The notes under the pieces: model-generated | Database searches by the model: none | Told to the model about the DNA's origin: nothing | The model's input: the letters and a program-made list of their open reading frames with translations, nothing else | Program-made: the position numbers and the translations under genes | DNA from: Malacoraja senta | Taxonomy: Eukaryota | Direction of reading: 5' to 3' | Length of the DNA: 64,000 nucleotides | Assembly (NCBI GenBank): GCA_038087875.1 | Contig: CM075992.1 | Span: forward strand, 1,924,001 to 1,988,000 | Shown here: positions 25,589 to 38,665 of the stretch, piece after piece | Layout of the letters: each line of letters starts with the position of its first letter | Numbering within the stretch: the stretch's first letter is position 1

Positions 25589-26426
25589 ATATATCATATG
25601 ATATCATATCTTGTATCAGTGTTACTACCTCTCTGGGACCGTAAACAAATAGGCTACTTTAAACAAATGCATTGTTATTTTTGAACCGTTTTCTGCCTTC
25701 TCCAGGAAAGAGTGTAAGAGGGGCAGAAAGTGCAGCAGCACTCCTCAAAACGGAAATTCTTGTTGTCAGTCAGAAACACTCAATCATTTCCATAATTTTT
25801 GTTTTGCTCCCCAAAAAAATGTTTCTTTTGGGATATGGGCGATCCAGACTCTGGGCTGCAGCAAATCACAGTCAGGGTGGTAAACGTCTAAACTGTACGG
25901 GTGTCAGGTGTTATGGGGAGAAGACAGGAGAATGGGGTTGAGAGGGAACGATAGATCAGCCATGACTAAATGGTGGAGTAGACTTGATGGGCCGAATGGT
26001 CGAATTCTGCTCCTATCACTTTTGAACTTGTGAACTGTACACGTTAATGTAATTAGACCCTTGTTTTGTTGGTCTTTGTGTGCGGCTTTGTACTATTGCC
26101 AGTTCCTATGAAATGGATATTTATTTATATAGGCACCAAATGACAATAATTTGCATTTACACCATGTTTTTAACTAAAACTTCCCAGAGCGCATTGATTG
26201 GGAAGGCTACAGGTCAAGTAGTCAGGAGTTTTGTCAGAAAGACAGTTTTGACGTTCTCTAGCCCCAGAAATGTACACTTGAGAGTGGTCTGGTATTCTGG
26301 GCATCCCAATCCCTCTCTAATTCCATGCAGAACAGCCACTAAATGAGAGCAGAAGTTAGTCACAGACTGTAAAGACTGTTCTGCCATTTAACAAGACCAG
26401 GTCTGCTTCCTGTCTTCAATATTTTG

Positions 26427-26722
26427 ATGTATAGGAAGGAACTGAAGATGCTGGTTTAAACCGAAGATAGACTCAAAATGTTGGAGTAACTCAGCGGGAC
26501 AGGCAGCATCTCTGGAGAGAAGGAATGGGTGAAGTTTCATGTCGAGACCCTTCTTCAGACAAAGACGTCTGGGTTTGTAGGTTAATTGGCCTCTACAAAT
26601 TTGCCCCTAGTGTGTAGCGAGTGGATGAGAAAGTGGGATAATGTAGAACTAGTGTGAATTGATGGACGGCATGGACTCGGTGGGCTGAAGGTCCTGTTAC
26701 CATGCTGTATTTCTAACTAAAA
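26427..26722. mobile_element. PLE family A arm (-) abutting an HE1-type SINE 3' part (+)
   Basis: Consensus motifs of both elements. Confidence 0.8.
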
Positions 26723-27239
26723 TAGATATAGTGAATAGACAATAGGGGCAGGAGTAGGCGTTTCGGCCCTTCAAGCCAGCACTACCATTCAATGTGATCA
26801 TGGCTGACTCTTATATAGCAGACTCTTCCCTACCAGTTATATCACTGGCGCTCTGATACAGAGGTCTCGCATCAGCAAGGGGGATATTAAACAGGGAATG
26901 AATTGTTGACTCATCACACAAGGAGTATTATGTCGTAAAGTACTAATGTAGATTGTTCCGATAGCCTTTCGGGAAGCTTTGGGCAGGCCATATTTGGTAA
27001 ATCACATGAACTGTTTATGAGAAGATATCGTAAAGTTGTTCCACTGTTTGAGAACAGCTGGATTTTGTTAACTGGAATGGGAGAAAAACCTCAAAAAAAG
27101 TAAACAATGAAACCGCTATTTATTCAAGCAAATGTAATGAACGTTCCACACTCGTCTGTCATGATATTCAGGAGCTGGCATGAAGGGAGGGTGGGGGTGA
27201 GGCTATTGAAGGGATTTGTTGCAACTCAATCGGTTAACA

Positions 27240-28115
27240 TCCCATCGATGCTCAACACTGGTGCCCCTCAGCAGTGGGTGTATTCAGTCCCTTGTTTTAC
27301 ACTCAGTTCGCCCATGATTGTCTGGCCAAAGACAATGTCAACTTGATCTTTAAGTTCGCCAATTATACCACAATTGTCAGCAAGAACAATGAGAGGAAAA
27401 ATTGGAAAGCTATCGAGAACCTAATATCATTGTATCAAGGCACCAACCTGGCCCTAAACGTCAGCAAGACTAATACGTTGGTTGTTGACCTACGGATTCA
27501 ATGTGGTGAACACAGCCCTGTCCTCATTAGCAGTGCCCTTCAAATTTCTAATCATCCATTTCTCCAGCAACCTAAGATAGACACAAAATGCTGGAGTAAC
27601 TCAGCGGGACAGGCAGCATCTTTAGAGAGAAGGAATGGGTGACGTTTCGGGTCCAGTCCCTTCTTCAGACTTTAAACCAGCATCTGCAGTTCCTTCATAC
27701 ACATTTCTCCAGCAACTTAACCTGGTTCCTTCACACTGATGATCATCTTCACTTACTTTGTTACACATCTGAGCAGATGTGGCATGTCCACAAGAATCCT
27801 GTCAAACTTCTACAGATGCTTTATAGAAAGTATTCTGATGGGATACATCTCAGCCTGATGTGGCAAGTGATCTACTCTCGACCACCTGAACTTGCAGTGA
27901 GCGATGAACACAGCCCAGTCCATCACAGGCTCATCACTTCCTTGCATCCACTCCATCTTCATGATGTGTTGCATCAGGAAGCCTGGATGCTTGACGTCCT
28001 GGCCACTCCCTTTTCTCTTTTTAGCCTTCTGGGAAAAGTTACAGGAGCTTGAAAGCTCAAATGCCCAAACTTAAGAACAAGTTCTTTCCCACTGCTATTC
28101 AATGGCTGAACCAAT
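27240..28115 (+). mobile_element. Decayed Rex1/Babar LINE RT region with a nested PLE-A (27574-27702)
   Basis: LNTGAPQ...FSPLFYTQFAHDC...IFKFANYTTIV; PLE flanked by CATTTCTCCAGCAAC duplication. Confidence 0.8.
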
Positions 28116-28424
28116 TACCTCTGTCACGAGGTGCTGCAATATACTCTAACTCTTAACTCTGTCTCATTCTGATGTGGGAATATCATATTCTCATATATAT
28201 GAGAACAATAGGTAACGACATATATAACAATATATAATTGTTATTCAACTCTCAAGTGTACATTTCTGGGGCTTATCAACTTCAATATTCTTTTATTATC
28301 CTTTAATATTTTTAATATTTAGCACTATTTGGATTTTCCACTACAATCTTACACCATTCTGTTGTTTTGAACACTGCATTTCTGTTGTATTTATCTTTTC
28401 TATTGTAGTTTTCACACAAAGGGT

Positions 28425-28600
28425 GCAAGCTGCCAGAGGAGGTAGTTGAGGCTGGGATTATCCCAACGTTTAAGAAACAGTTAGATAGGTACATGGATAG
28501 GACAGGTTTGGAGGGATATGGACCAAACGTGGGCAGGTGGTACTAGTGTAGCTGGGACATGTTGGCCGGTGTGGGCAAGTTGGGCCGAAGGGCCAGTTTC
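28425..28600 (+). mobile_element. CR1/HER1-type 3' end
   Basis: Same subfamily as 15291-15578. Confidence 0.8.
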
Positions 28601-28611
28601 ATCTATGGAGG

Positions 28612-29038
28612 GTCTGAAGAAGGGTCTTGACCCGAAACGTCACCCATTCCTTCTCTCCAGAGATGCTGCCTGTCCTGCTGAGTTAAACCCCTGTCCCACG
28701 GTACGAGTTCATTCCAAGAGCTCTCCCGAGTTTGCCCTGATTCGAACTCGGAGATTTACGGTAATGGCCGCTCGTCGGTACTCGGGGCTCTCGTGGACAT
28801 TTTTCAACATGTTGAAAAATCTTCACGCGTCTTCCGTGCTTACCTGCCGTTAGCGAGTCTTCCCAAGTACCTGCCGTTAGTGTTACGAGCCGCTAAGAGA
28901 CGTCCCCGAGCTCCGACGTACCCGCTATGTTCATTCTCCGTGCTTACCACGAGTTTGAATTTTTTAAAACTCGGGAGAGCTCTTGAATGAACTCGTACCG
29001 TGGGACAGGGCTATTACTCCAGCATTTTGTGCCTATCT
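28612..29038 (+). mobile_element. PLE family A arm interrupted by a MITE
   Basis: CTGAAGAAGGGTCTTGACCCGAAACGTC...GAGTTA^CTCCAGC. Confidence 0.85.
28686..29013. mobile_element. PIF/Harbinger-like MITE (second subfamily)
   Basis: TIR core CCCTGTCCCACGGTACGAGTTCATTC; TTA duplication at 28683-28685 and 29014-29016. Confidence 0.88.
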
Positions 29039-29785
29039 TTGACTCTATGACTATTCTCTGTCAGCTACACGTGAATAGAGATTGCATTGCACCCGAGTGT
29101 GGATATGACAATAAACGAATCTAATCTGAATGAGCTTAGGTTCTGTGCTGATATTTGGTATGTTAGCAATATAGTGGTGAGCTAGAAATCTAAGTCATTG
29201 AGAAATGACCCCAGTTTCAACTTGAAGTGAATGGATGGAATTGAGGATTCTCTCTGAAATTGAGAATTGAGAAAGAGAGGGAAATGAGCCAATTTTATAA
29301 CAAAACAAAGATATTTTATGATGAATGGTTTGATAATGTGCAACTCAAATTGTTTGGTGGAGTAATGACTCCTTTACTTTTCTTCAGTCTGAAGAAGGAT
29401 CTCGACCTGAAACGTCACCCATTCCTTCTCTCCAGAGATGCTGCCTGGCCCGCTGAGTTACTCCAGCTTTTTGTGTCTAACTCCTTTATGTTTTCCAGGT
29501 TTGCTGAATTTGATATGTGTAAGGTTACTGTGATGTTGGGAGTTGCTGGAACAACCCTGGTGAGGGAACGTAATGATGTACTGTGCTGGATGTGCTCAAT
29601 AAACCTTGCCCTTTCTTGCACTGACTATCAACAGACAGCCCGACAACACATGCCTCAAATTCAGGCTACATGCAGTGCAGCCTAAAAGGGAGTCAGTCCA
29701 CACTTCTTCTAGCAGTGGAAAGGGAGACCTATTTTTGCTGGAGCAAATGCTGCATTCATGGGAGAATTCATGTAGAAATTAGCTT

Positions 29786-30044
29786 AAGACAGACACAAAA
29801 AGCTGGGGTAACTCAGCGGGACAGGCAGCATCTCTGGAGAGAAGGAATGGGTGACGTTTCGAGTCGAGACCCTTCTTCAGACTGAGTCAGGGAGGTTTCC
29901 CTTTCCCTTGACAGTCTGAAGAAGGGTCTCGACCCGAAATGTTACCCATTCCTTTTCTCCAGAGATGCTGTCTGTCACTGCTGAGTTACTCCAGCTTTTT
30001 GTGTCTATCTTCGGTTTAAACCAACATCTGCAGTTCCTTCCTAC
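29786..30044 (+). mobile_element. PLE family A palindromic fragment
   Basis: Inverted arms and tail; flanking TAGCTTAA. Another single arm lies at about 29386-29478. Confidence 0.85.
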
Positions 30045-30902
30045 TAAAAAATAGCTTAACTGGAATTCCTTGACTAAAGCTATTAATTGAAAAAAAAGGG
30101 GATATTGTATTATTTACCAAGGCCGCCATCTATGTTTTATTACTGTTTATTTAGGTTCATTTTCCATGTGTTCATGCAAGTGAAGACAGTCGGGTTAAAT
30201 TGATTCTGATGCCCTTTAAGCTTTCTTTGAAGCATAAATTTTTCATGCAAATGTGACATGACTGGAACAAATTGTGCTGATACTAGAATTACCCTCGGTG
30301 TCTTGTAGCTACATTTTGCTCAGAAAGCTGGGGACCATGGAAGGACCATCCTGTACTGTTTGATGGATAAGAGGTTTAAGTGGCTGAACCCAAATTGACC
30401 AGGAGGCCATGAATGATTATCTCACACGAGGCGCTCTCTGCCGAATGATGACCAAATCGTGACTGGTATTCAGTTTTCCACGGGGCCTCAGCACATGGCT
30501 GGACTGTGAAGTCCTCTGTAGTCAGATGATCACCTAATGCATGCCTTCTGGGTTAGCTGTGGTGGTCGACATCTGTGAAATGGCTCCCCACCAAGTTTAT
30601 TGAGTGTGGGCGGAATTGGTGGACGCAGAAGTTTTACTGAGATAAATAACAAGACTGTTACAGAAAGCCCACGGACAGGAATAAAAACGAGGCTGTTCTA
30701 CGCTCAGACCAGTCATGAGGATCGGGAGCACTTTTCAAAGCCCTCGGCTTTCTGTCTGTTGATAAGGAACTTCTTCATGACAAGCAGGGCAATTGCTGGA
30801 TCTTAAGAAAAGATCATCTGTGCAGTCTTTAGCTTTGCCTTTTGGAAGATAGAACAGCATATCCGAAAAATGTGCCAGGAAAACTAGCACTAGTTTGCTA
30901 GT

Positions 30903-31216
30903 AGGTAGACAAAAGTTCTGGAAAAACTCAGCGGGTGCGGCAGCATCTATGGAGCGAAGGAAATAGGCAACGTTTCGGGTCGAAATCCTGAAGGAAATAG
31001 GCAACGTTTCGGGTCGAAACCCTGAAGGAAATAGGCAACGTTTCGGGTCGAAACCCTGAAGGAAATAGGCAACGTTTCGGGCCGAAACCCGGAAGGGTTT
31101 CGGGCCGAAACGTTGCCTATTTCCTTCGCTCCATAGATGCTGCCGCACCCGCTGAGTTTCTCCAGCACTTTTGTCTACCTTCGATTTTCCAGCATCTGCA
31201 GTTCCTTCTTGAACAC
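30903..31216 (+). mobile_element. PLE family B palindrome with an internal 34-bp x4 tandem array
   Basis: Units at 30956, 30990, 31024 and 31058; TSD AGTTTGCTAGT. Confidence 0.9.
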
Positions 31217-31567
31217 GAGTTTGCTAGTCCTTGCTGTAGTAGCTGGTGAACCCTGGCAGAAGGCAAACTCTGCTGGAGTGCTGCTAGGAGTTAGCAAACC
31301 GGGATACAAACTAGATAATGAAAACACAAAATTCACATCGCAACATGACCACTTGGGTGTGCTTCCACTGCAATGCATTGAGTCCAGGGTTAGCTAGGCA
31401 AGTTATTCAATAGTGAAGGGTATTACACCTGCTCCAGCTCCTGCCCCCCTAACCATAGCTATGCAGAAATGAACTTTGCAGCATTAGCAATGGAGCCCCA
31501 GGTTGCTATGTTGGTCTGGTGAGCCTCTAGGATGACCCTGACTGAGAAGGTCAATGGGCCGTTAAAT

Positions 31568-31775
31568 GTGTAGGAAGGAACCGCAGATGCTGGTTTACAC
31601 CAAAGATAGACACAATAAGTTGGAGTAACTCAACTGGACAGGCAGCATCTCTGGAGAAAAGGAATAGGTGATGTTTCGGGTCGAGAAGGGTCTCGACCCG
31701 AAACGTCACCTATTCCTTTTCTCCAGAGATGCTGCCTGTTCCGTTGAGTTACTCCAGCTTTTTGTGTCTATCTTC
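31568..31775 (-). mobile_element. PLE family A palindromic fragment
   Basis: Inverted arms joined at GGGTCGAGAAGGGTCTCGACCC. Confidence 0.88.
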
Positions 31776-32899
31776 AGCGTAGATGGCCATCTTGTTCAGT
31801 ATGGCTGAGTTAGGCGGTAGAGTCTATTTCCATGCCTTATGACATTATGACGCTATCTCAGAGGTTTTACATGGAGAGTGTGGGCCCTTGAGGAACTCTG
31901 GATGAATTGACAAGCAACATCCATTCTTTTGAAAGGAATAATCCTCCTGGATGCTGTGGCTTCCCAGCTCAGTTGTTCTTGGTGTTGTTGGATTAGCCCA
32001 GGTTTTCTGGAAATGCGCAACTTATAGTGGCAATATGTCGGTGTCCACGAGTAACAGTGTTATCTCCCGCACTCACAAAGATCTGGCCGAACTGATCAGC
32101 ACTGAGCGGAATTGAAGGTATTGCTCTGACTGATTCTAGGTGCTGTCTTGCTGTATGAAGGCAGCTTCAGGCATTAGGTGTTTACAGTGTTGTCCAGTCT
32201 CAACATGGCTTCCAGCGGCGGACTGGTTTTGTATGAGGTTGGCGTTAGATTCCAGCAGTGCGAGTGGATCAGCATTCAGAGGCTGATCAGAGACCCAGCA
32301 GCAGGAGGTAGCTGCTTGCTCCGGTTCATACACTGTAGACTATAATTAGCTCGCTGAGCTGGACTCATTAAATCATCCTGGTTATGCATTTGCTCCAATA
32401 TTTGAGGAGTACGTTAAGGGCTAGTCTTTAATTACTTTTCTTTCGTTACCTATAAATCCACAGGGGAAAAAATACCGGCACTGATTGCGATCTGGGAACC
32501 TGTTTGGGCAGGTTGCTTTGGCAACATAAACTTTGGTAAATATACTGTTCTAATTTGACTTCAATCCTTTGACAATGTGACCATCAGCATTAATCTTAAT
32601 GGACTACTCTACAAAGAACTACTCATTGAAAGCAAACTGAAGCTGCACACATTGACTGTTCTCTATTGACTACTCATTGTTACTTCAATAAATATAGTTC
32701 TGTGGTAATTATACCCAGTCTACAGACCTCCCTGGCTGGGTTTGTACGATTGCAGTACATTTGTACCCGGTAGCTTAAGGTCTTGGCCATTTTGGTCTTT
32801 CCTACCTTCTCCTCCATATGTTTGGTGTTGCTAGAGGTAATATCTCATCCTCCACTCCTCCGCAATGGCCCATGGACACTGCACATGGACAGGCTCGGG

Positions 32900-33222
32900 G
32901 TAAAGCCTGGATAGACTGGATGTGGAGAGGATGTTTCCACTAGTGGGAGAGTCTAGGACTAGAGGTCACAGCCTCAGAATTAAAGGACGTTCCTTTAGGA
33001 AGGAGATGAGGAGGAATTTCTTTAGTCAGAGGGTGGTGAATCTGTACAATTCATTCCCACTGAAGGTTGTGAAGTCAATGGATATTTTTAAGGCAGACAG
33101 ATAATTCTTGATTAGTCGGTGTCAGGGGTTAAGGGGAGAAGGCAGGAGAATGGGGTTAAGAGGGAAAAAATAGATTTGATGGGCCGAATGTCCTAATTCT
33201 GCTCCTATCACATGAACTTATG
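32900..33222 (+). mobile_element. Older CR1 3' fragment
   Basis: MFPLVGESRTRGHSLRIKGRSFRKEMRRNFFSQRVVNL. Confidence 0.88.
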
Positions 33223-33290
33223 GGAGAGTTGAGAAATGCTTCGCTCAGAGTTGGTAGGAGAGTGGCAGTCACTGTCCGACAGAGTGGTGG

Positions 33291-33496
33291 AAGATAGACA
33301 CAAAATGCTGGAGTAACTCAGCGGGACAGGCAGCATCTCTGGAGAGAAGGAATGGGTGACATTTCGGGTCGAGACCCTTCTTCAGACTTGACCTGAAACG
33401 TCACCAATTTCTTCTCTCCAGACATGCTGCCTGAGTTACTCCAGCTTTTTGTGTCTATCTTTGGTTTAAATCAGCATCTGCAGTTCCTTCGTACAC
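33291..33496 (+). mobile_element. PLE family A palindromic fragment
   Basis: Inverted arms plus tail. Confidence 0.85.
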
Positions 33497-34108
33497 TTAG
33501 TGGCGGAGGAGGCAGTGGCTATTACTATGTACGTGGAGTACATTGAATAAGTACAGGGCTGTGAACAAGAGCTGGGGAATGGGACCCCTTGATGGAGTTT
33601 ATTCTGGCAACGTGGACTCAATGGGCCAAATAGCTTCGTTGTGGACTATAAATGTCAATGATTGTATTATATATTTCCGAGTCGGGACAGCATGATGGTG
33701 TGATTCTGTAATTCTGTTAGTTAATTGCAGCTCTGATATTGAACGGCTTGTTCTCAGGAACATATTTAGAAAATGCAGAGTGATCTTATAATCAGTGAAG
33801 CATGAAAGCATCCATTATACCAACAGTTTCGATTCCATTGCTTAATCAGATTTCGAGACCTAATTGCTTCACATCCCCGATACAGTCTCTTGTTTAAAGG
33901 TCACATTTACTTATCGCACCTGGAATATGGGCCATTTTTTTCTCCCGCAGATTGTTTTTGCAAAGAATTCAATCAGATAAATGTGTCAGATAATTCAGGT
34001 CGTTGTGTGCTCCCAGCAACCATCAAAGTGAACGTCAACAGATGGATTGTCCTGGTTGCTATTACCCCACCAGCAGGTATTGTCAGTGGAATGGAGCACT
34101 TTCTACTC

Positions 34109-35131
34109 CTGAGGAAGGATGTGCTGGCTCTGGGGAGGGTCCAGACTACCAGACTGATTCCTGGGATGTCAGGACTTTCATATGAAGAAAGACTGGATAG
34201 ACTCGGCTTATACTCGCTAGAATTTAGGAGATTGAGAGGGGATCTTATAGAAACGTACAAAATTCTTATGGGGTTGGACAGGCTAGATGCAGGAAGATTG
34301 TTCCCGATGTTGGGGAAGTCCAGGACAAGGGGTCACAGCTTAAGGATAAGGGGGAAATCCTTTAAGACCGAGATGAGGAAAAACTTTTTCACACAGAGAG
34401 TGGTGAATCTCTGGAATTCTCTGCCACAGAGGGTAGTCAAGGCCAGTTCATTGGCTATATTTAAGAGGGAGTTAGATGTGGCCCTTGTGGCTAAGGGGAT
34501 CAGGGGGTATGGAGAGAAGGCCGGTACGGGATACTGAGTTGGATGATCAGCCATGATCATATTGAATGGCGGTGCAGGCTCGAAGGGCCGAATGGCCTAC
34601 TCCTGCACCTATTTTCTATGTTTCTATGTTTCTATGTTTCCAGAGCAGGTTTACAAGAATGATCCCAGGAATGAGTAGGTTAACCTATGATGAGCGTTTG
34701 TCGGCACTGGGCCTGTACTCGCTGGAGTTTAGAAGAATGAGGTGGGGGGGACCTCATTGAAGCATACAGAATAGTGAAAGGCTTGGGTAGTGTGGATGTG
34801 GAGAGGATGTTTCCACTAGTGGGAGAGTCTAGGACTAGAGGTCATAGCCTCAGAATTAAAGGACGTTTTCTTAGGAAGGAGATGAGGAGAAATTTCTTTA
34901 GTCAGGGTGTAGTGAATCTGTGGAATTCTTTGCCACAGAAGGTTGTGGAGGCCAAGTCAGTGGATATTTTTCAGGCAGAGATAGATAGATTATTGATTAG
35001 CACAGGTGCCAGAGGTTATGGGGAGAAGGCAGGAGTTAGGGGGGAGAGATAGATCAGCCATGATTAAATGGCGGAGTAGACTTGAAGGGTCGAATGGCCT
35101 GATTCTACTCCCATCACTTATGACCTTATGA
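34109..35131 (+). mobile_element. Older CR1 fragment split by a co-oriented young CR1 (34148-34639)
   Basis: TCCAGA duplication at 34140-34145 and 34639-34644; both subfamily tails are present. Confidence 0.9.
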
Positions 35132-35562
35132 GTGCAGCTGAGGGCTCACCTAATGTGGGACAAAGGCGAAGGCTGTCCTGTGCGAAGTGTTGTACTGGTC
35201 CTCCTCCAGGTCACCAGTGCCTGACCCATCTACAGCCCGCACATAGGAGCAAGCATTTGAGAGAGTGGCCGTGTGGATTTGCTAGCTGATGTGAGACTTC
35301 AGGCTTCTGTGGTTAATAAGTGATAGGAGCAGAATTAGGCCATTCAGCCCATCTAAACTACTCCGCCATTCAATCATGGCTGATCTATCTTTCCCCTCTC
35401 AACCCCATTCTCCTGCCATCTCCCCATAACCCCTTGACCACCGTACTAATCAAGAACAAGGGAACAAGGTTCATGGCCGTATACCCGACTTGTGAACTGT
35501 TTGTGGTAACAAACAGTGCACAGTGATGAATCCTGGTCATAACCTGTACTTTGTTTATGTTG

Positions 35563-35690
35563 AAGATAGACACAAAATGCTGGAGTAACTCAGCGGGACA
35601 GGCAGTACCTCTGGAGAGAAGGAATGGGTGACGTTTCAGGTCGAGACCTTTCTTCAGACAGAGAGTCAGGGGAGAGGTAGACTTGAGATT
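35563..35690 (-). mobile_element. PLE family A arm
   Basis: Flanking duplication TTTGTTTATGTTG. Confidence 0.82.
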
Positions 35691-36875
35691 TGTTTATGTT
35701 GCTGTGCTGGGGGACGAGTGACACCAATGTCACAGTGGAATGGATTTGTGCAGCATGGGAAAAGGCCCTTCGGCCCATCACATGCATGCCAACCTCTTTT
35801 TTCCCCCCTCTACACTAATCCCATTTGCCCACAACAGGTTGTATCCATCTATGACTTATCTATTCAAGTGCCTGTCTGAACTTCTCTTAAACACCATAGT
35901 GACTGTATCTGATTCCACCAGCTCCTATTCTGCTCCAAACTTTGCCTTGCTGACATTGTCCATTATTCAGGCGGAGATTATCAGCCATGCTTGTTGAAAA
36001 CCATCACTACCCAGCTGCATAGTAACTGGGTATTTTGGCTCTGTGAAGAACAGTTCGCTTTCCCCTTGTTAAGCACAGGTGGAGATTGAAGGTTTTTTAC
36101 AGCTGTTTACTTGCAGCAGCTCGCCTTATACTGGTTCGCACAAGATGCTTGTGTTTGTTTCCAGAGCAAGATGGTCTCCCTAAACCAAGAGCTTGGTTGT
36201 TGCATCACCCCACATTAAATTGTTCTTGGTTTAGTTCTAAAACCAACAGATTGCAGTCGGATCCACTGCCTCTGTATTGCGTTTATGTCAGCCACAGATT
36301 TTGATGAATAATTGGAAAGTGTCCAGGCCTCCGATGCAACAAACTTTTTTTTAGAACAGCCAACTTGGCGAGCAAAATATGTCGAAAAGCATAAAATAGA
36401 AGAATCGAAGTGTACTGCTACTGGGTGGGGAACATGTCCTGTGTGAAACTTTACAGGAAAGGGCATTTAGCAAATGTACTGCGTGCATCATCAAAACTAT
36501 CTCCTCATCCTTGTAGTAACGCAACACAAGTAATGCTCACTACTCTTCCAACTACTGGGATGGTCCAGCAACACTTTATTATCACCTGTACCAAGGTACA
36601 GTGAACACCGTAAGAAAAACTCACCTCTGTGCTCAACAATCTACCTGTTATGCAATGATTTAATATGGCATTTCTAACCCTACCATGCGTCATTGGCCTT
36701 GCATCGCAGCAGCCTCAATTCCCACCATCTTTGTCACCACCTCCAGTTGAATAACTCTTCGAGAGTTCTTTGCTCTCAAACCTCTTGATCTCTGACTTCT
36801 ACCTGGATTTAATGAAGCTTTGGCCAGCTATGTCTTCAGCTGCTGAGGTTCAAAACTGAGGTTCAACTCGCTCCT

Positions 36876-37005
36876 AGGTAGACAAAAAAGCTGGGGAAAC
36901 TCAGCGGGTGAGGCAGCATCTATGGAGCGAAGGAAACACACGCTGAGTTTCTCCAGTATTTTTGTCTACCTTCGATTGTCCAGCATCTGCAGTTCCTTCT
37001 TAAAC
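36876..37005 (+). mobile_element. PLE family B short palindrome
   Basis: TSD TTCAAYTCGCTCCT. Confidence 0.85.
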
Positions 37006-37124
37006 TTCAATTCGCTCCTTACACCTCTGTCTTGCTGCCCCAACCTCGGTCATGACACCCCTTAAAACTAATCTATTTGCTAAAGCATTTGAGGTCACCC
37101 ACCATAATATATTAGAAGAATGTC

Positions 37125-37430
37125 GAAACAAACAGCTGCAGATGCTGGTTAACAGATGAAGTCGCAGAGTGCTGGTGTTGCTCAGCAGTTCAGGAAGCTT
37201 CTCAGGAGATCAAGGATAGGTGACATTTCGGGTCGGGACACTTCTTCAAACTAAATGTGCAGGAAAGAACTGCAGATGCTGGTTTAAATCGAAGATAGAC
37301 ACAAAATGCAGGAGTAACTCAGTGGGACTAGCAGCATGTGTGGAGAGAAGGAATGGGTGATGTTTCAGGTCGAGCCCCTACCTGTCCCACTGAGTTACTC
37401 CAGCATTTTGTGTCTCCCTTCTTCAGACTG
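37125..37430 (-). mobile_element. Two adjacent PLE terminal fragments
   Basis: CTGCAGATGCTGG tail motifs and arms. Confidence 0.75.
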
Positions 37431-37462
37431 GCAGACTTCAGCCATTTACCACAATATATATT

Positions 37463-37926
37463 ACATAGAAACATAGAAAACAGGTGCAGGAGTAGGCCAT
37501 TCGGCCCTTCGAGCCTGCACCGCCATTCAATATGATCATGGCTGATCATCCAACTCAGTATCCCGTACCTGCCTTCTCTCCATACCCCCTGATCCCCTTA
37601 GCCACAAGGGCCACATCTAACTCCCTCTTAAATATAGCCAATGAACTGGCCTCAACTACCCTCTGTGGCAGAGAGTTCCAGAGATTCACCACTCTCTGTG
37701 TGAATTTTTTTTTCCTCATCTCGGTCTTAAAGGATTTCCCCCTTATCCTTAAGCTGTGACCCCTTGTCCTGGACTTCCCCAACATCGGGAACAATCTTCC
37801 TGCATCTAGCCTGTCCAACCCCATAAGAATTTTGTACGTTTCTATAAGATCCCCTCTCAATCTCCTAAATTCTAGCGAGTATAAGCCAAGTCTATCCAGT
37901 CTTTCTTCATATGAAAGTCCTGACAT
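37463..37926 (-). mobile_element. Young CR1 3' fragment
   Basis: Intact ORF2 C-terminus and tail. Confidence 0.93.
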
Positions 37927-38462
37927 TCTGGACATCAGTTTTTGTTTCATTTCACCACTGCAAAGAATCTTGCTACAATCCCTACATTCATGTCACCGTT
38001 GTATCCCAGGCAATCAGCTGGTTGAACAAATGCAAGCTCAGTCATTGTGCAGAGACTGGATTAAGGAGATGGTAAAAGTATCTGAAGAACAGAGGAACAA
38101 GGTCCTTAATAAAGTGGATGAGGAATGTGTTGTTGGGTATTGGTTGTGGATTAGAATGCAGCCTAACATATGCCTTTTAATATAATTTTGAATAGGAAAT
38201 AAATCCTTAATCCTATTTAACACAACGCTTAATCATGAGCAGTGGCAATTAGCTGACTTCCACTTGATTCAGAAGGGAAGCTACAACCGTACGGTTAATA
38301 TCTAGAATTACATGAGGAGGAAGATAATGGACCTCTAACTAAGTCATTGAGATGCACACAAGACTCTGGTAGTTTGAAAGTGCATAGATCCGGCATTAAT
38401 AAAATGCCAGACCTACAGTATGTCTTAATGTTTCACAGAAACTAAGGGCGACTATAGAGAAT

Positions 38463-38665
38463 GTGTAGGAAGGAACTGCAGATGCTGGCTTACACCGAAG
38501 ATAGACACAAAATGCTGGAGTAACTCAGCGGGACAGGCAGCATCTCTGGAGAGAAGGAATGGGTGACGTTTCGGGTCGAGATCCTTCTTCAGATTTCAGA
38601 CTTCAGAGTCTGAAAAAGGTCTCGACCCCAAACGCCACCCATTCCTTCTCTCCTGGCCCGCTGAG
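38463..38665 (-). mobile_element. PLE family A palindromic fragment
   Basis: TSD GCGACTATAGAGAA. Confidence 0.85.

Noticed and set aside
30956..31090. CRISPR-like array of 34-bp repeats (also the 66-bp repeats at 19117)
   Set aside because: No unique spacers, no cas genes, eukaryotic context; units derive from PLE termini.
33890..34537. 215-aa ORF as a host gene
   Set aside because: Chance read-through from flank into nested CR1 fragments.
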